From positions 60,393,756 to 60,457,755 of the forward strand of contig NC_068993.1 of the NCBI RefSeq assembly GCF_001194135.2: a DNA stretch of 64,000 nt, in the 5' to 3' direction. How positions within the stretch are numbered: the first letter of the stretch is position 1; the number at the start of each line of letters is the position of its first letter. Positions 26,080-40,569 of the stretch are shown here, in pieces. The notes below the pieces were generated by a model, which was given only the letters and a program-made list of their open reading frames with translations, did not search any database and was not told the origin of the DNA. Source of the DNA: Octopus bimaculoides. Lineage: Eukaryota. Made by a program: the position numbers and the translations under genes.

Positions 26080-27181
26080 GAACAACAACAACAGCCACAG
26101 CTAAACAAATGCAACAACAAGAACAAGTTAGTCTAGTTATGATACAACTGCAACAATAACAACAACACAGTCTACAATTAAAACACCACCTTTGACATTA
26201 ATGTCACATTAAATTAGGAAGATTTTTGCTAAATAAAAATAATTAAATAAAAGTTGAGGTTGGCGTGGGTGGGTGGGGGATAGAAAAGGGGAGGAAATGA
26301 TATAACAGCGACACAAGCACATACATACATGTAATATGTAGGCTCACTAACGCACAGAAATACACACACACACACACATTCACATGTGTTCATGTGTGTA
26401 TGCATGTATGTGTGTATGCATGTATGTGTGTATGCATGTATGTGTGTGTGTGTGTGTGTACAAACACCCTTTCAAATACAAATGCTTACATATTTACACA
26501 GGCAGACAGGCAGACAGACATGCATGCATACTCAAAGCATACAAATGAGATAAACAAAGGAAGTTTTAAAAAAAAGAAAAAACTTTACATTTTGTTGTGG
26601 GTGAGGGGACGAATGGCCAAGAGGAGTTCAAACTCTGCCAAGGTCGCCTTTGATTTTTCATCCTCCAGCGGTCAACAAAAACTTGCATCAATAAAATAAT
26701 GAAATTAATTTAAAGCCTTCAACTGCTTCCAACAAACATTTCTGGTCTTGGACCAATGTAAATAGACATAATTTGGCAAAAGTTAGTATCTGCAGTGTTG
26801 ATTCAGGATTTTTACATTCTGAGTTCAAATCCTGTTGAAGTCATCCTTTTGCAACTGATAAAAATTAAGTAACAGTTTAAAGGGGTACACTAGCAAAATC
26901 TCAAGGTCTCAGTCTTTCATCATTGCCTCTGTGAGGTCCAACGTTCAAAGGTCATGCTTCAGCACCTCATCCCATGTCTTCCTGGGTTCACCTCTACCCT
27001 GGATTCCTTCAAGGGTGGCACACTTCTCAGAAAAAAATTGTTAGCTTTCATGAAAACACACAGAGAATTAAAAAAAAGGGCACTATTTAAACCAGTATTA
27101 TATAGTACCGACTCCCCCAAACTACGAAGATTAAAACTTATAACCAGGCCAGATGTAGCACATTTTATGTATCCTGACCAC

Positions 27182-27401
27182 CCAGCCAGATGCAGTACTC
27201 CAGCGAAACCCAGTTAGTAGAACACTGAAATAAACAAACACATCAAAGAAAGATTTAGTAAAAGTCAGATTACTAAGTTCAATTACTAAAATAACCGAAT
27301 ACTAAGCCAAACAGTTCTACTAGATTTTGTTTAATAAACATCCGTGTTCACTAAAGTTGATACTAAAAACAAGCAAACTTGCTTACCATAAATTTTATCA
27401 T
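27182..27401 (-). CDS. Tentative leader exons (27401-27387 MIKFM; 27224-27182 CSTNWVSLEYCIWL) possibly of the avidin-like gene
   Basis: There is a strong donor ATG|gtaagc at 27387 and a strong acceptor tctttctttgatgtgtttgtttatttcag| at 27224, bounding a 162-nt intron. The closing donor (G|gtggtc at 27182) is weak but phase 1, compatible with the 22173 acceptor. There is no homology support. Confidence 0.25.
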
Positions 27402-29785
27402 CTCATTGTGTTTTTCATTTCTATTTCAATAATCGATAATTTAATATAGAAGTATAAATTGTAATATAATTGTATAATTGGAACAACATCAGCAAACAAG
27501 TTGAATGCTTCAAATTTGTTAAGAAACAACATTGAGGCAACAACAAATATTATAGAAGAGGTGTTGAGAGGTCCATATTTTATCCAATGGTGGCCATGTA
27601 ACGTTTTGGCTTTTGGCATGAAATCAAATATGTATTTACAATTACATAATAACAACTTACTAGAATCGTTACTGAAGTTCCTTCCACAAGCTATTAGCTT
27701 TTATGTAGCCATTCTAGAAAAGCAGTTAGTATGCAAATCAAAATATTATTGAGTATCAAACTTGTACAATGCCGACAGCAAAGAAACATAAATAGTGACT
27801 AATCACATAATTCTTCAAAAATTGAGAAAGCTAAACAAAGCGAAAAGTCTATCTTTTAAGAATTAAAAAAAAAAAGACTGCCAAATTGAGAGTTATAGCA
27901 AATTAATGAGAAAATTAAACAATTTACACTCATTACACCATGGAAAAAAAATACGTTAGACAAGGGAAGACTTTAAATATAAAAGAATCCAGGAACTGGC
28001 TCTAAAGAATTCGGTAATCTTAATAACAAGTTCTCAGGAACTGATTATTAAAATTACTTTCCTGGGTAGAATCCACAGAGAGGATTAACTTTCTAAATAT
28101 CTGAACACTTCAACTGATAGGCAAATATGAAGCTTTAGGCAAAACAATAAATATTGGAATCCTTGCATCCTTCTGATTACCATTCCATGCTGGCCGATAA
28201 ATATATACACAGAAGACTTTCAAATGTGTAAGTGGATCCATCAAAAGTAACAAAAGTTTGATTCCCCAATGGAATATGCATCTAGAACAACCTTTTGTAC
28301 TCTACCCTCTTGTACTAATTTATACATGTTCATACTTAATTATGCCCTCTCAGTCATCATCATCATCATTTAATGTCCATTGTCCATGCTGGCATGGGTT
28401 GGACAGTTTGACCGGGCTGGTAAGCTGGAAGGCTGCACTGGACTCCAGTCTGATTTGGCATGATTTTCTACAGCTGGATGCCCTTCCTAACGCTAACCAC
28501 GTAAAATGGGTGCTTTTACGTGCCACTGGCATGGGTGCCATTTGCATGACACCGAGGTGTGTTTATGTGCCAATTTGCGCGACACCGGTATCTTCCATGA
28601 CTGCAATTTTGCTCAGCTTGATAGTTCTTTTTCTCAAGCACGACATAATGCCAAAGGTCTTGATCATTAATTATAATTTGATAAAATAGCAAAGGCTTCA
28701 AATGACAACAACGTATGTATAACCATTCTTTGGTAGTTTCTCAGACAGTGGCACCATCCTGGTAACATTTCTCAGTTTGGAAAAGCTTAATACAAGAATT
28801 AATACTCAGCTGTAGCTTTACGAATCAAAATATTTCAGCCTTTTTAAAGTTGGGCTCACAAAGCCAATATGAACACACCATAATTGACTTGATGTAACAA
28901 TATCATCTTGTGAAGACATGTGGCATGTTGCACTCACAATCATGAGATCGTGGTTTCTATTCCCAGGCTGGCAGTACATTGTGTTCTTGAGCAACACTTC
29001 ATTTCACACTGTTCCAATCATCATTAAGCATCTGTTTTCTATGCTGGCGTGAATTGGATGGGTTGACTGGATTTGGCAAGTCACAGAGCTGTGCCAAGCT
29101 CCACTCTCAGTTTTGGTAAGGTTTCCATGGCTGGATGCCTTTCCTAGGGTCAACCACCCTACAGAATGCACTGCATGCATTTTTTTGTGCTACTGGCACT
29201 AGTGAGGTTGCTTTTCAAACTGTGAACTCCTTGTCTAACCATCCAACCCATGCATGCCAGCATGGAAAACTGATAATGGTGATGATGATGAGGATGATGA
29301 GGATGATGAAGATGATGATGACGAATATGATGATGATGAATATGATGATGATGAAGATGATGATGATGATGTGTATATATATATATATATANNNNNNNNN
29401 NNNNNNNNNNNNNNNNNNNNNNNNNNNNNNNNNNNNNNNNNNNNNNNNNNNNNNNNNNNNNNNNNNNNNNNNNNNNNNNNNNNNNNNNNNNNNNNNNNNN
29501 NNNNNNNNNNNNNNNNNNNNNNNNNNNNNNNNNNNNNNNNNNNNNNNNNNNNNNNNNNNNNNNNNNNNNNNNNNNNNNNNNNNNNNNNNNNNNNNNNNNN
29601 NNNNNNNNNNNNNNNNNNNNNNNNNNNNNNNNNNNNNNNNNNNNNNNNNNNNNNNNNNNNNNNNNNNNNNNNNNNNNNNNNNNNNNNNNNNNNNNNNNNN
29701 NNNNNNNNNNNNNNNNNNNNNNNNAGGAAGGACAACAAAAGAAAGAAAGAGTCCTCGATATGCAAAAAGTGTCACATATTTTTCC

Positions 29786-29828
<43 letters not shown>

Positions 29829-31162
29829 AATGTGAGCATATCTCTGCAGCAAGAACATTCTTCTCATAATGTATGTCAAAGCGAATGTCTTTTACACAGT
29901 GCAGTGAAGTCAGTGAAGTCAGTCAGCTTTACATAAATAGGTTCAATTGTTTTCTTTTCCCTATTCAAAGGCTGATATATAACATCTTGCATATTTCACA
30001 CATATATTGTTGTTTGCCGGTGACTCCAGGTTGCGGCAGCCATGTTGGTGCAGCTTAAAATCATTTTTCATAAAAATCTCTGCTGCTCCAATGAAAGTGC
30101 TTGGCTTTGTTTACCTTGTCACCTTAGTTACATTCGAGGTCATGTCTGCAAACGTATTGGCATATAAATCATGCAGAAACAAAGAATTTGTCAAGTTGAG
30201 TTATTTGGTTTGGTGAAGGCGCTGGATTTAGCACAGGCTTGATTCTCAGTCAAGTTGAAGAATAGAGAGAATATTGGCAACCAAAACGGTTTCACTACAC
30301 TTTCCTTGTTGAAGAATAAAATCCTAAAGATATTTCAATATGTCACTTCGTTAACCTAGGTTCCAGACCATTGTTAGCTTTAATAAAACCATATATTGTA
30401 TTTCTTCATTGTGCGGTATTTAATTCATTCTCAGTAAAGTTGAATTTAGTTAAAATTTCAGTGTTATTAGAGATTAGCAAGGTAGATGGAAACTGAAAGA
30501 AGCCTGTAGTATATATATATATATNNNNNNNNNNNNNNNNNNNNNNNNNNNNNNNNNNNNNNNNNNNNNNNNNNNNNNNNNNNNNNNNNNNNNNNNNNNN
30601 NNNNNNNNNNNNNNNNNNNNNNNNNNNNNNNNNNNNNNNNNNNNNNNNNNNNNNNNNNNNNNNNNNNNNNNNNNNNNNNNNNNNNNNNNNNNNNNNNNNN
30701 NNAAACAGATGGCTGCACCAGGCTCCAATCTGATCTGGCACAGTTTCTACAGCTGGATGCCCTTCCTAACACCAACCACTCCGAGAGTGTAGTAAATATA
30801 TATATAGAGATAGATAGATATAGATATAGATATATATGAGTGTGTGTGTGTGTCTTCATGTCTGTGTTTGTTCCCCACCCTTGCTTGACAACTGATGTTG
30901 GTGTGTTGACATCCCCTATAACTTAGCAGTTTGGCAAAAGAGAATGATAAAATAAGTACAAATCCTTACAAAAAAATATGTAGTAGGGACAATTTGTTCA
31001 ACAAAATTCTTCAATTAGAAAATTATTATTTTAAAATCTCACAGTCTGACAAGAGAAACTAGCAAAAGGTAAAAGATATCTATTTGGTGAATGGAATTGA
31101 GACTGAACAAAAGACAATAGCAGAAGAAAGAGGAATGCCAAGCATAGATTCGAAACTGGAAC

Positions 31163-31394
31163 TCATCCTTTCATTACCATATTTCTGTAGAAATGAAATT
31201 CCTTTATCTTGATTAATTTTCAAAATAACGAAGAATTTAATGAAATAACTTTGTCATTATTAAGCTGGTGTTTGAGACATAAATTAACACGAAAACTTGA
31301 AGGAAGGTTTTCAATTTCGATAACTTCAAAATAGGAAGTTTTGATATCACAGAACCAGGGGTGGTCTCAGACAGGTTGGAATCAAAAGGGTTAA
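31163..31394. mobile_element. piggyBac-like MITE; a second truncated copy starts at TTAACC about 36155-36335 and is interrupted by a SINE
   Basis: The right end is AAAGGG-TTAA (31385-31394) and the left end is degenerate (atcctttcattacc). An AT-rich internal segment is similar in both copies, in opposite orientation. Confidence 0.55.
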
Positions 31395-31668
31395 TCGAAG
31401 AGGCCGGCACCAAATAGTAAAATTTTCTTCCAAAATTTGAAGAATATTATAATGGAAATTCTAGTTCACACTGGGTTGATGATATTATAAGGATAAAATT
31501 CAGTTTCTATTAGAATATCCAAAATTTGGATAACATCATAATGCTTATAATGGTAAATCTCGTACTAGCAGCAGCAACAACAGTGGCGGCAGGTTACAAA
31601 GTTTGATTACTATTGTAATGCTAAATTTCAGTTGTTTCAGGAGAATAAAATAAAAAAAAGGGCATTAC

Positions 31669-31702
<34 letters not shown>

Positions 31703-33332
31703 ATCATTGTTGTTGTTACTATAACCATCACCATCATCATTCTAAATTCAGGTTCTGCAGTAGACTACAAAGTGTGGATCTTATTATTATGATAAACTCA
31801 GTTCCTGCAGAAGAATTGGAAATTTGGATATTAATTTAATGAAATTTTTAGATTCTACACCATGAGACTCCAAACTAAATTTTCTGCAATTCCTCTGTTA
31901 TTTTAATGGCAAATTTCAATCCTGGCAGAAAGTTGGAAAGTTTCACAAACATCAAACTAAATTTCCTTTGTAAGAAACAGCTGACACCGAAACATCATCG
32001 AGACTCTTCTTGTCTTTGTTATTCCATTTCAGTTATTTCTTGTGTCGATGAGGGAAGTGGTGGTGGNNNNNNNNNNNNNNNNNNNNNNNNNNNNNNNNNN
32101 NNNNNNNNNNNNNNNNNNNNNNNNNNNNNNNNNNNNNNNNNNNNNNNNNNNNNNNNNNNNNNNNNNNNNNNNNNNNNNNNNNNNNNNNNNNNNNNNNNNN
32201 NNNNGTAGTTAAGAGTGTCTGACGTGATGTATTGGTGATATTCAGATCTGAGTATGTTATGTGATGTAGTGTGGTGGCAGTAGTGGTGGTAGTGGCGGTG
32301 GTGGTGTTGGTAGTGGCGGTGGTGGTGGTGGCAGCGGCGGTGGCAGTGGTGGTGGTGATGTCACGTATAGATGAGATGTGCTGATGGTGATAGAATGATG
32401 TTGATGGCATGGTGGTGATGCGACTAGGTGATGATGTGGTGTCGTGGTGATGTGGTAGTAATGTGAAAGTGGTGGTGGGTGGGGGTGGGGGGTGAAGATC
32501 ATCATCATCATCAGTTTAACATCCCCACCTCCAACATTGCTTGAAACCAATGTTGGTGTAATTAACATCACCGTAACTTAGCGGTTCGGCAAAAGAGGCC
32601 GGTAGAACAAGTACTAGGCTTACAAAGAATAAGTCTTGGGTCGATTTGCTTGACTAAAGGCAGTGCTCCAGCATGGCCGCAGCCATATGACTGAAACAAG
32701 TAAAAGAATTTAAAAAAATAAAAGAACATGTTTGGCCATGGAGGAATATTACTTTGCTTGGCAACACTTGAGGATTGGTGCCATGAAGGGAATCTGGTTA
32801 TAGAAAATAAAATCTGCCTCAATAAACTGCATCTAACCCATGCAAGCATGAAAAACTAGATGTTAAGATGATGATGACAATGACGATGATGATGGGGAGG
32901 ATGATGATTTTGTCCCACAAGGGTTGGCAAATTTCCTTTCCCACCCACAAATGAGCGACTACCCTGATTTTCGTTTCTCCCTGTTGATTACATAAGATAT
33001 ACCCCTAATCTCATGTGGGTAGCCGGCATCAATACTCTATCCACTGCTACAACTACACTGGACAGAATACCAGCTGTTCTTCTTTGCCATGATCTTAAGG
33101 AGAGACAGCGCTAAAGAGTCGTCCTGCTTTTGAACGCTGTCCTGGTGTTGCATGCATCACAGAACCATAGACTTTCTGCATCTTTCCAGCATACCTGTGA
33201 TGCAAGTACGCAGATTATGGCAGGTGTAATATTTTCAATCTTGATGCCTCTGCTCTGGGAACCTAACACTATGCCTGCAGATTACTTGCAGAGTACTTAT
33301 CTCAGATAATCCTAATCATTTTTGTGGGTGGG

Positions 33333-33350
33333 TTAGGGTTAGGGTTAGGG
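33333..33350 (+). repeat. Interstitial (TTAGGG)3
   Basis: Three exact TTAGGG units. Confidence 0.8.
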
Positions 33351-33484
33351 TTGCCACTTGTGAACTTTGTTCAAAGTTGTGGGCCAGAGGCAGTGGTGTT
33401 CGTCTTCTTGCAGTTTGGATAATGAGAAACAGGCAGAGAGAAATAATAGACAGAATACAGAATATAGTAGAATAATACAATGCA

Positions 33485-33537
<53 letters not shown>

Positions 33538-33667
33538 TACATATATATACACACACACACATATATATACATATCTATATGTACATTATATATGTATATA
33601 TATATATATGTGTGTGTGAGTGTGTGTATAAGCTTATATAGAGACATAGACACAGACACACAGACAG

Positions 33668-33727
<60 letters not shown>

Positions 33728-34240
33728 GTATTTATATGTACACACATACATATATACATATATAGATGTGTACATAAATATATATACATATATACATACA
33801 CACATACATATGTGTATATATGTACACACACAAACACATGCATATATATATGTGTGTGGGCGTATGTATGTATATAAATTCATGACACCTTGGATGTATG
33901 TATGTATGTATGTATGTATGTATGTATGTGTATATATATGTGAGTGTGTCTAAGATAATATAAGATGCAGTTGTTCATAGGTAGGAAAGATGGAGTGGAG
34001 ATATGACACACACACACACACACATATATAAAAACTTATATGCATATGCATTATAATATTATGTGTGTGTGTGTGTGTTTGTGTATGTATATATACATAC
34101 ATAATACTATAATGCATATACATATGTTCTTGTGTGTACGTGTGTATTCACACCTTTTTTTTACTTTGCATTTTTTATGAATGTTTTTTTTGCTGTTGTT
34201 TTCCATTCTTTTCTTTCCAACATCAAACAAAAACCATCAC

Positions 34241-34274
<34 letters not shown>

Positions 34275-34555
34275 CACTCCTGCCAGTTCCATCAGCCAGA
34301 CTAAAACATCATCTCTCACAGAATATTTGATTATTACGTTGGGGCTAGCAATGGTGGTGGCGTTGCTGCTGATGGTGATGGAGATGATGGTGATGGTGAT
34401 GGTGAAAGCGGGGGTGGGCATGGAAGAATTCATACTTTATCTGATCTTCACATTTCATTACATATGTAAAATAACAAATAAGTAACAGAATAAACAAAGT
34501 AAAAAGGGAACAAAAAAAAATAAATACAAATAATAACAAAGAGTTAGACAATGAC

Positions 34556-34598
<43 letters not shown>

Positions 34599-34619
34599 TG
34601 ATGATGATGATGATAATAA

Positions 34620-35045
34620 GTGAAAGAAACGAAGAAGAGGAGAGAAAAGATGAGAGAAAGGGGGGAGAAAGAAGGACAGATTGAGAAAGACAAAGAGAAG
34701 GGAAAAGAAAAAAAGAAAAAGGAAAAAGAAAGAGGGTAGAAAAAGAAAAAGAAAGAATAAAAGAGAGAGAGAGAAGGAAAGAAAGAAGGAAAGATTGAAA
34801 GACAAAGAGAAGGGAAAAGAAAAAAGAAAAAGGAAAAAGAAAGAGGGTAGAAAAAGAAAATGGAAGAATAAAAGAGAGAGAGAAGGAAAGAAAGAAGGAA
34901 AGATTGAAAGACAAAGAGAAAGGAAAGGGAAGAGAAAAAAGAAAAAGTGAAAGAAGGAAAATGAAAGAAGAGGAAAAAGAATAAAACAAAGAAAAAGAGA
35001 GAGGGAGAGAGAGAGAGATAGAAGGGTGAGAGAGAGAGAGGGAGC
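34620..35045. repeat. Purine-rich tract containing about 2.3 tandem copies of a roughly 115-bp unit
   Basis: gattga(g)aagacaaagagaa recurs at about 34680, 34794 and 34903, and the plus strand is almost exclusively A/G. Confidence 0.85.
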
Positions 35046-35461
35046 AAATATAAATCAGAACACTGTGGCCATGCTGGAGCACCGCCTTTAGTCGAGCAAA
35101 TCGACCCCAGGACTTATTCTCTGTAAGCCTAGTACTTATTCAATCGGTCTCTTTTGCCGAACCACTAAGTTACGGGTACATAAACACACCAGCATCGGTT
35201 GTCAAGGGATGTTGGGNNNNNNNNNNNNNNNNNNNNNNNNNNNNNNNNNNNNNNNNNNNNNNNNNNNNNNNNNNNNNNNNNNNNNNNNNNNNNNNNNNNN
35301 NNNNNNNNNNNNNNNNNNNNNNNNNNNNNNNNNNNNNNNNNNNNNNNNNNNNNNNNNNNNNNNNNNNNNNNNNNNNNNNNNNNNNNNNNNNNNNNNNNNN
35401 NNNNNNNNNNNNNNNNNNNNNNNNNNNNNNNNNNNNNNNNNNNNNNNNNNNNNNNNNNNNN

Positions 35462-35496
<35 letters not shown>

Positions 35497-36844
35497 TATA
35501 CAACAGATTTCTTTCAGTTACCATCTACCAAATCCATTCCTAAACTTTGGTCAGCCTGAGGCTACAATAGAAGACACTTACCCAAGGTGCCATGCAGTAA
35601 GATTGAAACCAGAATCAAGGAGCTGAGAGGCAAACTTCTTATCACATAGCCACACCTGTGGCTATATACCTACACTTCAAAAAATTTGACTGACTTTAGG
35701 TTTTTCATTTTCATTTTATTGTAAGAAAAATAAAAACATTGGAATAAAAATGTTTTGCTTTTAGAATTAAATTAATTTCCATTGCACTCTACAGGTGTGA
35801 GTTACAGAACGTTAGATGCAAAAACATTACAAGGAAAGAAGATTGTGGCTTTTGAAATGGAATGTTGTAGAAAAATCTTTTGTATTTCATGTATTGAACA
35901 TGAAATTAAAGAAAACATTAAGAAGGAAATTATTGAGAAAAGTGCATACCACAAAATTATTGGCAACTGCTGAAGACAGGAAATGAAGTTGTTAGGCCAG
36001 GGAGTGCAAAGTCTACTTTAACGAATACGGGTTTGCACTGCCCATGACCTTTACAAGCTTTCTTTCTTATATCTTATACAATGGAAATTGATGTAGAAAA
36101 TGCTTGACATGAAATTAGGCAGAAAAAAATGTGGACATGTAAAGAACCAGAGCTTTAACCGTTTTGATATAAAACCACCTGAAACTGCCCTGTTCTTCAA
36201 CAGAAATTCCTTGTTTTAAAGTGATTGAGTCTTAAAACCTTCCATGCTAATTTATATTCCAAACATCATCTTCATAATGACAAAGTTGTTTAATAAATTC
36301 TTCATTAATTTCAAAATTAATTAAAACAAATGCAGGTGGCACGTAAAAAACACCTTTTTGAGCGTGGTCGTTGCCAGAACTGTGTGACTGGCCCTCATGG
36401 CATGTAAAAACACCCACTACACTCTTGGAGTGGTTGGCGTTAGGAAGGGCATCCAGCTGTAGAAACTCTGCTAGATCAGATTGGAGCCTGGTGCAGCCAT
36501 CTGGTTCACCAGTCCTCAGTCAAACCGTCCAACCTATGCTAGCATGGAAAGCGGACGCTAAACGACGATGATGATGATGATGATGAAATATTTCAAAAGA
36601 AATATGGTAAAAAATGGTTAATCTAAAAGCTGCAACAGCATAAACTCTATTAAAAGAACACAAGGGTCAGAAAGTGACAATGGTAAAGCAGAAGGTGTGT
36701 TAGGAGTGCCACCGAAAGAGTGAACCAACAATTCCATTTCTAATGCCTGCAACATAGTAAATTCTACTTGAAGAATCCTTGAACAAGGTGGTCATGTTAG
36801 ACTGAGGAATGAATTAGGTTTAATATCCAAAATATATGAATAAT

Positions 36845-36888
<44 letters not shown>

Positions 36889-37982
36889 TGGCAGCGCAAA
36901 GAAGCCAGGAAAAGTCTCAGAATGGCTACAAGAAAGTCAATGGTGTGTAGAGACTCAGTTTTGAGTAAAGTGCATCTGTTCCTGCTTGACTGGTTCTTCA
37001 TAGGTGTAAACTGATTGTAAGTTAGTGGTTGGGTTTATTGTGAATCAATTGTTGGGAGTTTTCTTTGTTGTTAAGTAAAGCAAAACTTTTAGGACACCAC
37101 AAAAAATACAAGACAACCTCTGTGTGTGTGGAGGGGCGACTGAGAAGGAGAGTGTATGTGCGGGGGTGAACATGTATGTGCACACACAAACACAAAAACA
37201 GATATACACGCATTCATACACATAAAGGTATGCATATATATATATATATATATACAAATGAATGACTAAACGAGAGAGAATTTTGAAATTATATATTTAC
37301 CTATGTTAGGAATGGTGAGGAACAATCATTTATGGCTAACTTTGTTACTGAGAGAAGAAGCATGAAAATGGTTATCCCTACAGTTTCTTTATAATTTTAT
37401 ATCATCATCATCATCATAAATGAACATTCACTGTCCATGCTAGCATAGGTAAGATGTTCTGAGTGGGGTTGGTCAGCTAGCATGGGTAAGATGGTCTGAG
37501 TGGGGTTGGTCAGCTAGCAAGCTGCACCAGGCTCCAATTGTCATAGGTGGTGTACTTCTAATGGATGTCCACCTAGTGGTCATCCCTCTTATATGCATGT
37601 AATATAATTTTTCTGATTCTTCAAGGTGCAGCTCTTGGGCTTCATAGCTTCTGTCAAACTGTCCAACCCATATTAACATGGGAGACGAATATTAACCGAT
37701 AATGAAGTTGATGATCATGAGGATGAGGATGATGTCTGTATCAACAAAATATTTACAGAAAATAAATTAAAATATTCCTTGTGATGGCTTCATTATTACA
37801 TTTCAGCAAAAGATAATGCTTTGAAAAAGTTCCAGAGACTAGAAATACACAAAGAGTGACTCTGTTCCTGTATTGGTGAGTAAGCTGGAAGACAGTGTAA
37901 TTCATATGTATCAATGTAGTGGAGAATGTATATAGTGTAGGAAGATAAATACATAAAAATATATGTAAATATATACATACAT

Positions 37983-38019
<37 letters not shown>

Positions 38020-38066
38020 TATATATATATATTTATAAATATATATACACACACACAAATATATAC

Positions 38067-38105
<39 letters not shown>

Positions 38106-38295
38106 CAAATATACATATATATACAAATATATTTATACACACATATATATATACAAACATATACATATATATATATATACATACATATATATATACATAC
38201 ATAAATATATACATACACACATATATAAATATATACATACGCACATATATAAATATATACATANNNNNNNNNNNNNNNNNNNNNNNNNNNNNNNN

Positions 38296-38590
38296 NTAAA
38301 TATATATATATATATAAACATACATAAATATATATATATATATAAACATACATAAATATATATATATGTATAAACATACATAAATATATATATATATATA
38401 AACATACATAAATATATATATATATATAAACATACATAAATATATATATATAAACATACATATATATATGTATATAAACATACATATATATATATATATA
38501 AACATACATATATATATATATATAAACATACATATATATATATATATAAACATACATATATATATATAAATATATACATATATACATATA
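38296..38590. repeat. AT-rich minisatellite, about 22-26-bp unit aaacatacat(a/aa)(ta)n
   Basis: Repeated aaacatacata units are separated by (TA)n, which explains the MFIYIYIC pseudo-ORFs. Confidence 0.85.
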
Positions 38591-38604
38591 CAAANNNNNN
38601 NNNN

Positions 38605-38647
<43 letters not shown>

Positions 38648-39051
38648 CACACACACACACATATGTGCATATGTGTTTATACACATATGTATATGGTTGA
38701 CACCAAAGTTCAGATCTTCGGTGTAACCATGGCAACAGCCACATTACCACAAGTGGAACATTGACAATAGACCCCGGCAGAAAAAAGAAGTCTTTAAGAG
38801 TTGCTTGTTGGAAGTTCACAGTGTCCAAAAACAACCAATATTCACAGGAATTTCATTATTGTCTTCTTCTTAATGATAACAACAAAAACAAGTAAGAACA
38901 ACAAAAAAAAATAACAACTATTATTATTATTATTATATTTTATCTTTTTTTAATAATAATAATAACAATCATAATAATAAAAACAGAAAGAATAATGACA
39001 ACAGCTAGAAGAACAATAACAGCAATTACAAAAAAAATAAAAAATAAATAC

Positions 39052-39085
<34 letters not shown>

Positions 39086-39310
39086 TAAGGATGCGGATAA
39101 GAATGGTAATGATGGTAATAACAATAATGGAAAGGATTTCTTTTACAAAAACAACAACAATAATGATGATGATGACGATGACGATAATAATAATAATAAT
39201 AATAATAATAGTAAGGTTGGCAATTTCACAATATTTTTATTTGATTTGTTGTAATACTTCAATCTGAGGTGATAATATTGTGTATGAAGATATTTATAAA
39301 AAAAAATGCT

Positions 39311-39350
<40 letters not shown>

Positions 39351-39432
39351 TAGACTAGCAGGGTCAAAAAATGAAAGTATTAATATAGGAGAGAGCTGCA
39401 TGATTTTTGGTTTTTTTTTCTTTTTTATTATT

Positions 39433-39466
<34 letters not shown>

Positions 39467-40569
39467 AGTGCTTTGTCAGACAGAAGGTGGGAGGGGTTTT
39501 GTTTTTGCTTTTTATTTATACTGAAATTCATTTTTATATCTTCTAAAGTGTGTGNNNNNNNNNNNNNNNNNNNNNNNNNNNNNNNNNNNNNNNNNNNNNN
39601 NNNNNNNNNNNNNNNNNGGGGGGGGGGGGTGAAGATCAGATTGTATGCGGTGCGCATGCGGATTTATTAGCTTGAATTTATCATCATTACCATCATCATC
39701 ATCAAAACTAGTAGTAGTAGTAGTAGTAGTAGTAATAGAATGGTTTTTCTAGTTTGTTTTCAGGTTCTTTTGTTTTTAGGTATTCTTTTTTTGCTTTTGA
39801 TATTTTGGTGAGAGTTTGGAGGTGGGGGGTGGGGGTAAATATTGGCGCTCCTTTCCCCTAAAGTCTTGAACTAATTTGATGGGTATTAATGTAAGAAGTT
39901 TAAAAAAACATAATACCAAAATTCTTTGAACTTCAACCAAACGGACAATATCTTTTATGGAGCATTTGTTTTGCTTTTGTTTTTCTGAGTTGTTTTTTTA
40001 TTCTTTTTGTCTGTTTTTCACTCTGTCTAATGGTCAAGTGGAACAATATCATTATTGCATAAGAGACAGAACTGTAATGTGATAGAAATGGTAAAATGCC
40101 AAGTGAAATTCCTTATGGTTTCTACAGTATACTTTCAGAACTAAAAATCAACAAATACTATACTTAGATTGTCACATTGTGTTGGCATTGTTATTATTAT
40201 TGTTTAACACCAGGTCAGCCTCATCTAGCAGACATAATATCAAAGACATTACAATCATGGCAATCCAGTCTTTTTGTCTTTGAGAAGGAAGTATCGTATT
40301 ATCTAATATGTACTTTATGTAAAAAAATGAAAAAACTTGTTTATATATAAAAAAAAAAAACATATATATATGTGTTATATATTGTACATGATGATGATGA
40401 TGGCCATCCACTCGTGACCGAGGAAGACCATTGCCGACCTTCAGGAACATTCTGCGCTCTAGTACTAACTTACATTTTGTATTTACGGCTCCGTTGGTGG
40501 CTAATGAGCCCTGCTCTTGATAAGCATACACGACTGCAAACATTGCAGATTAAGCTTTCCCCATTCACT

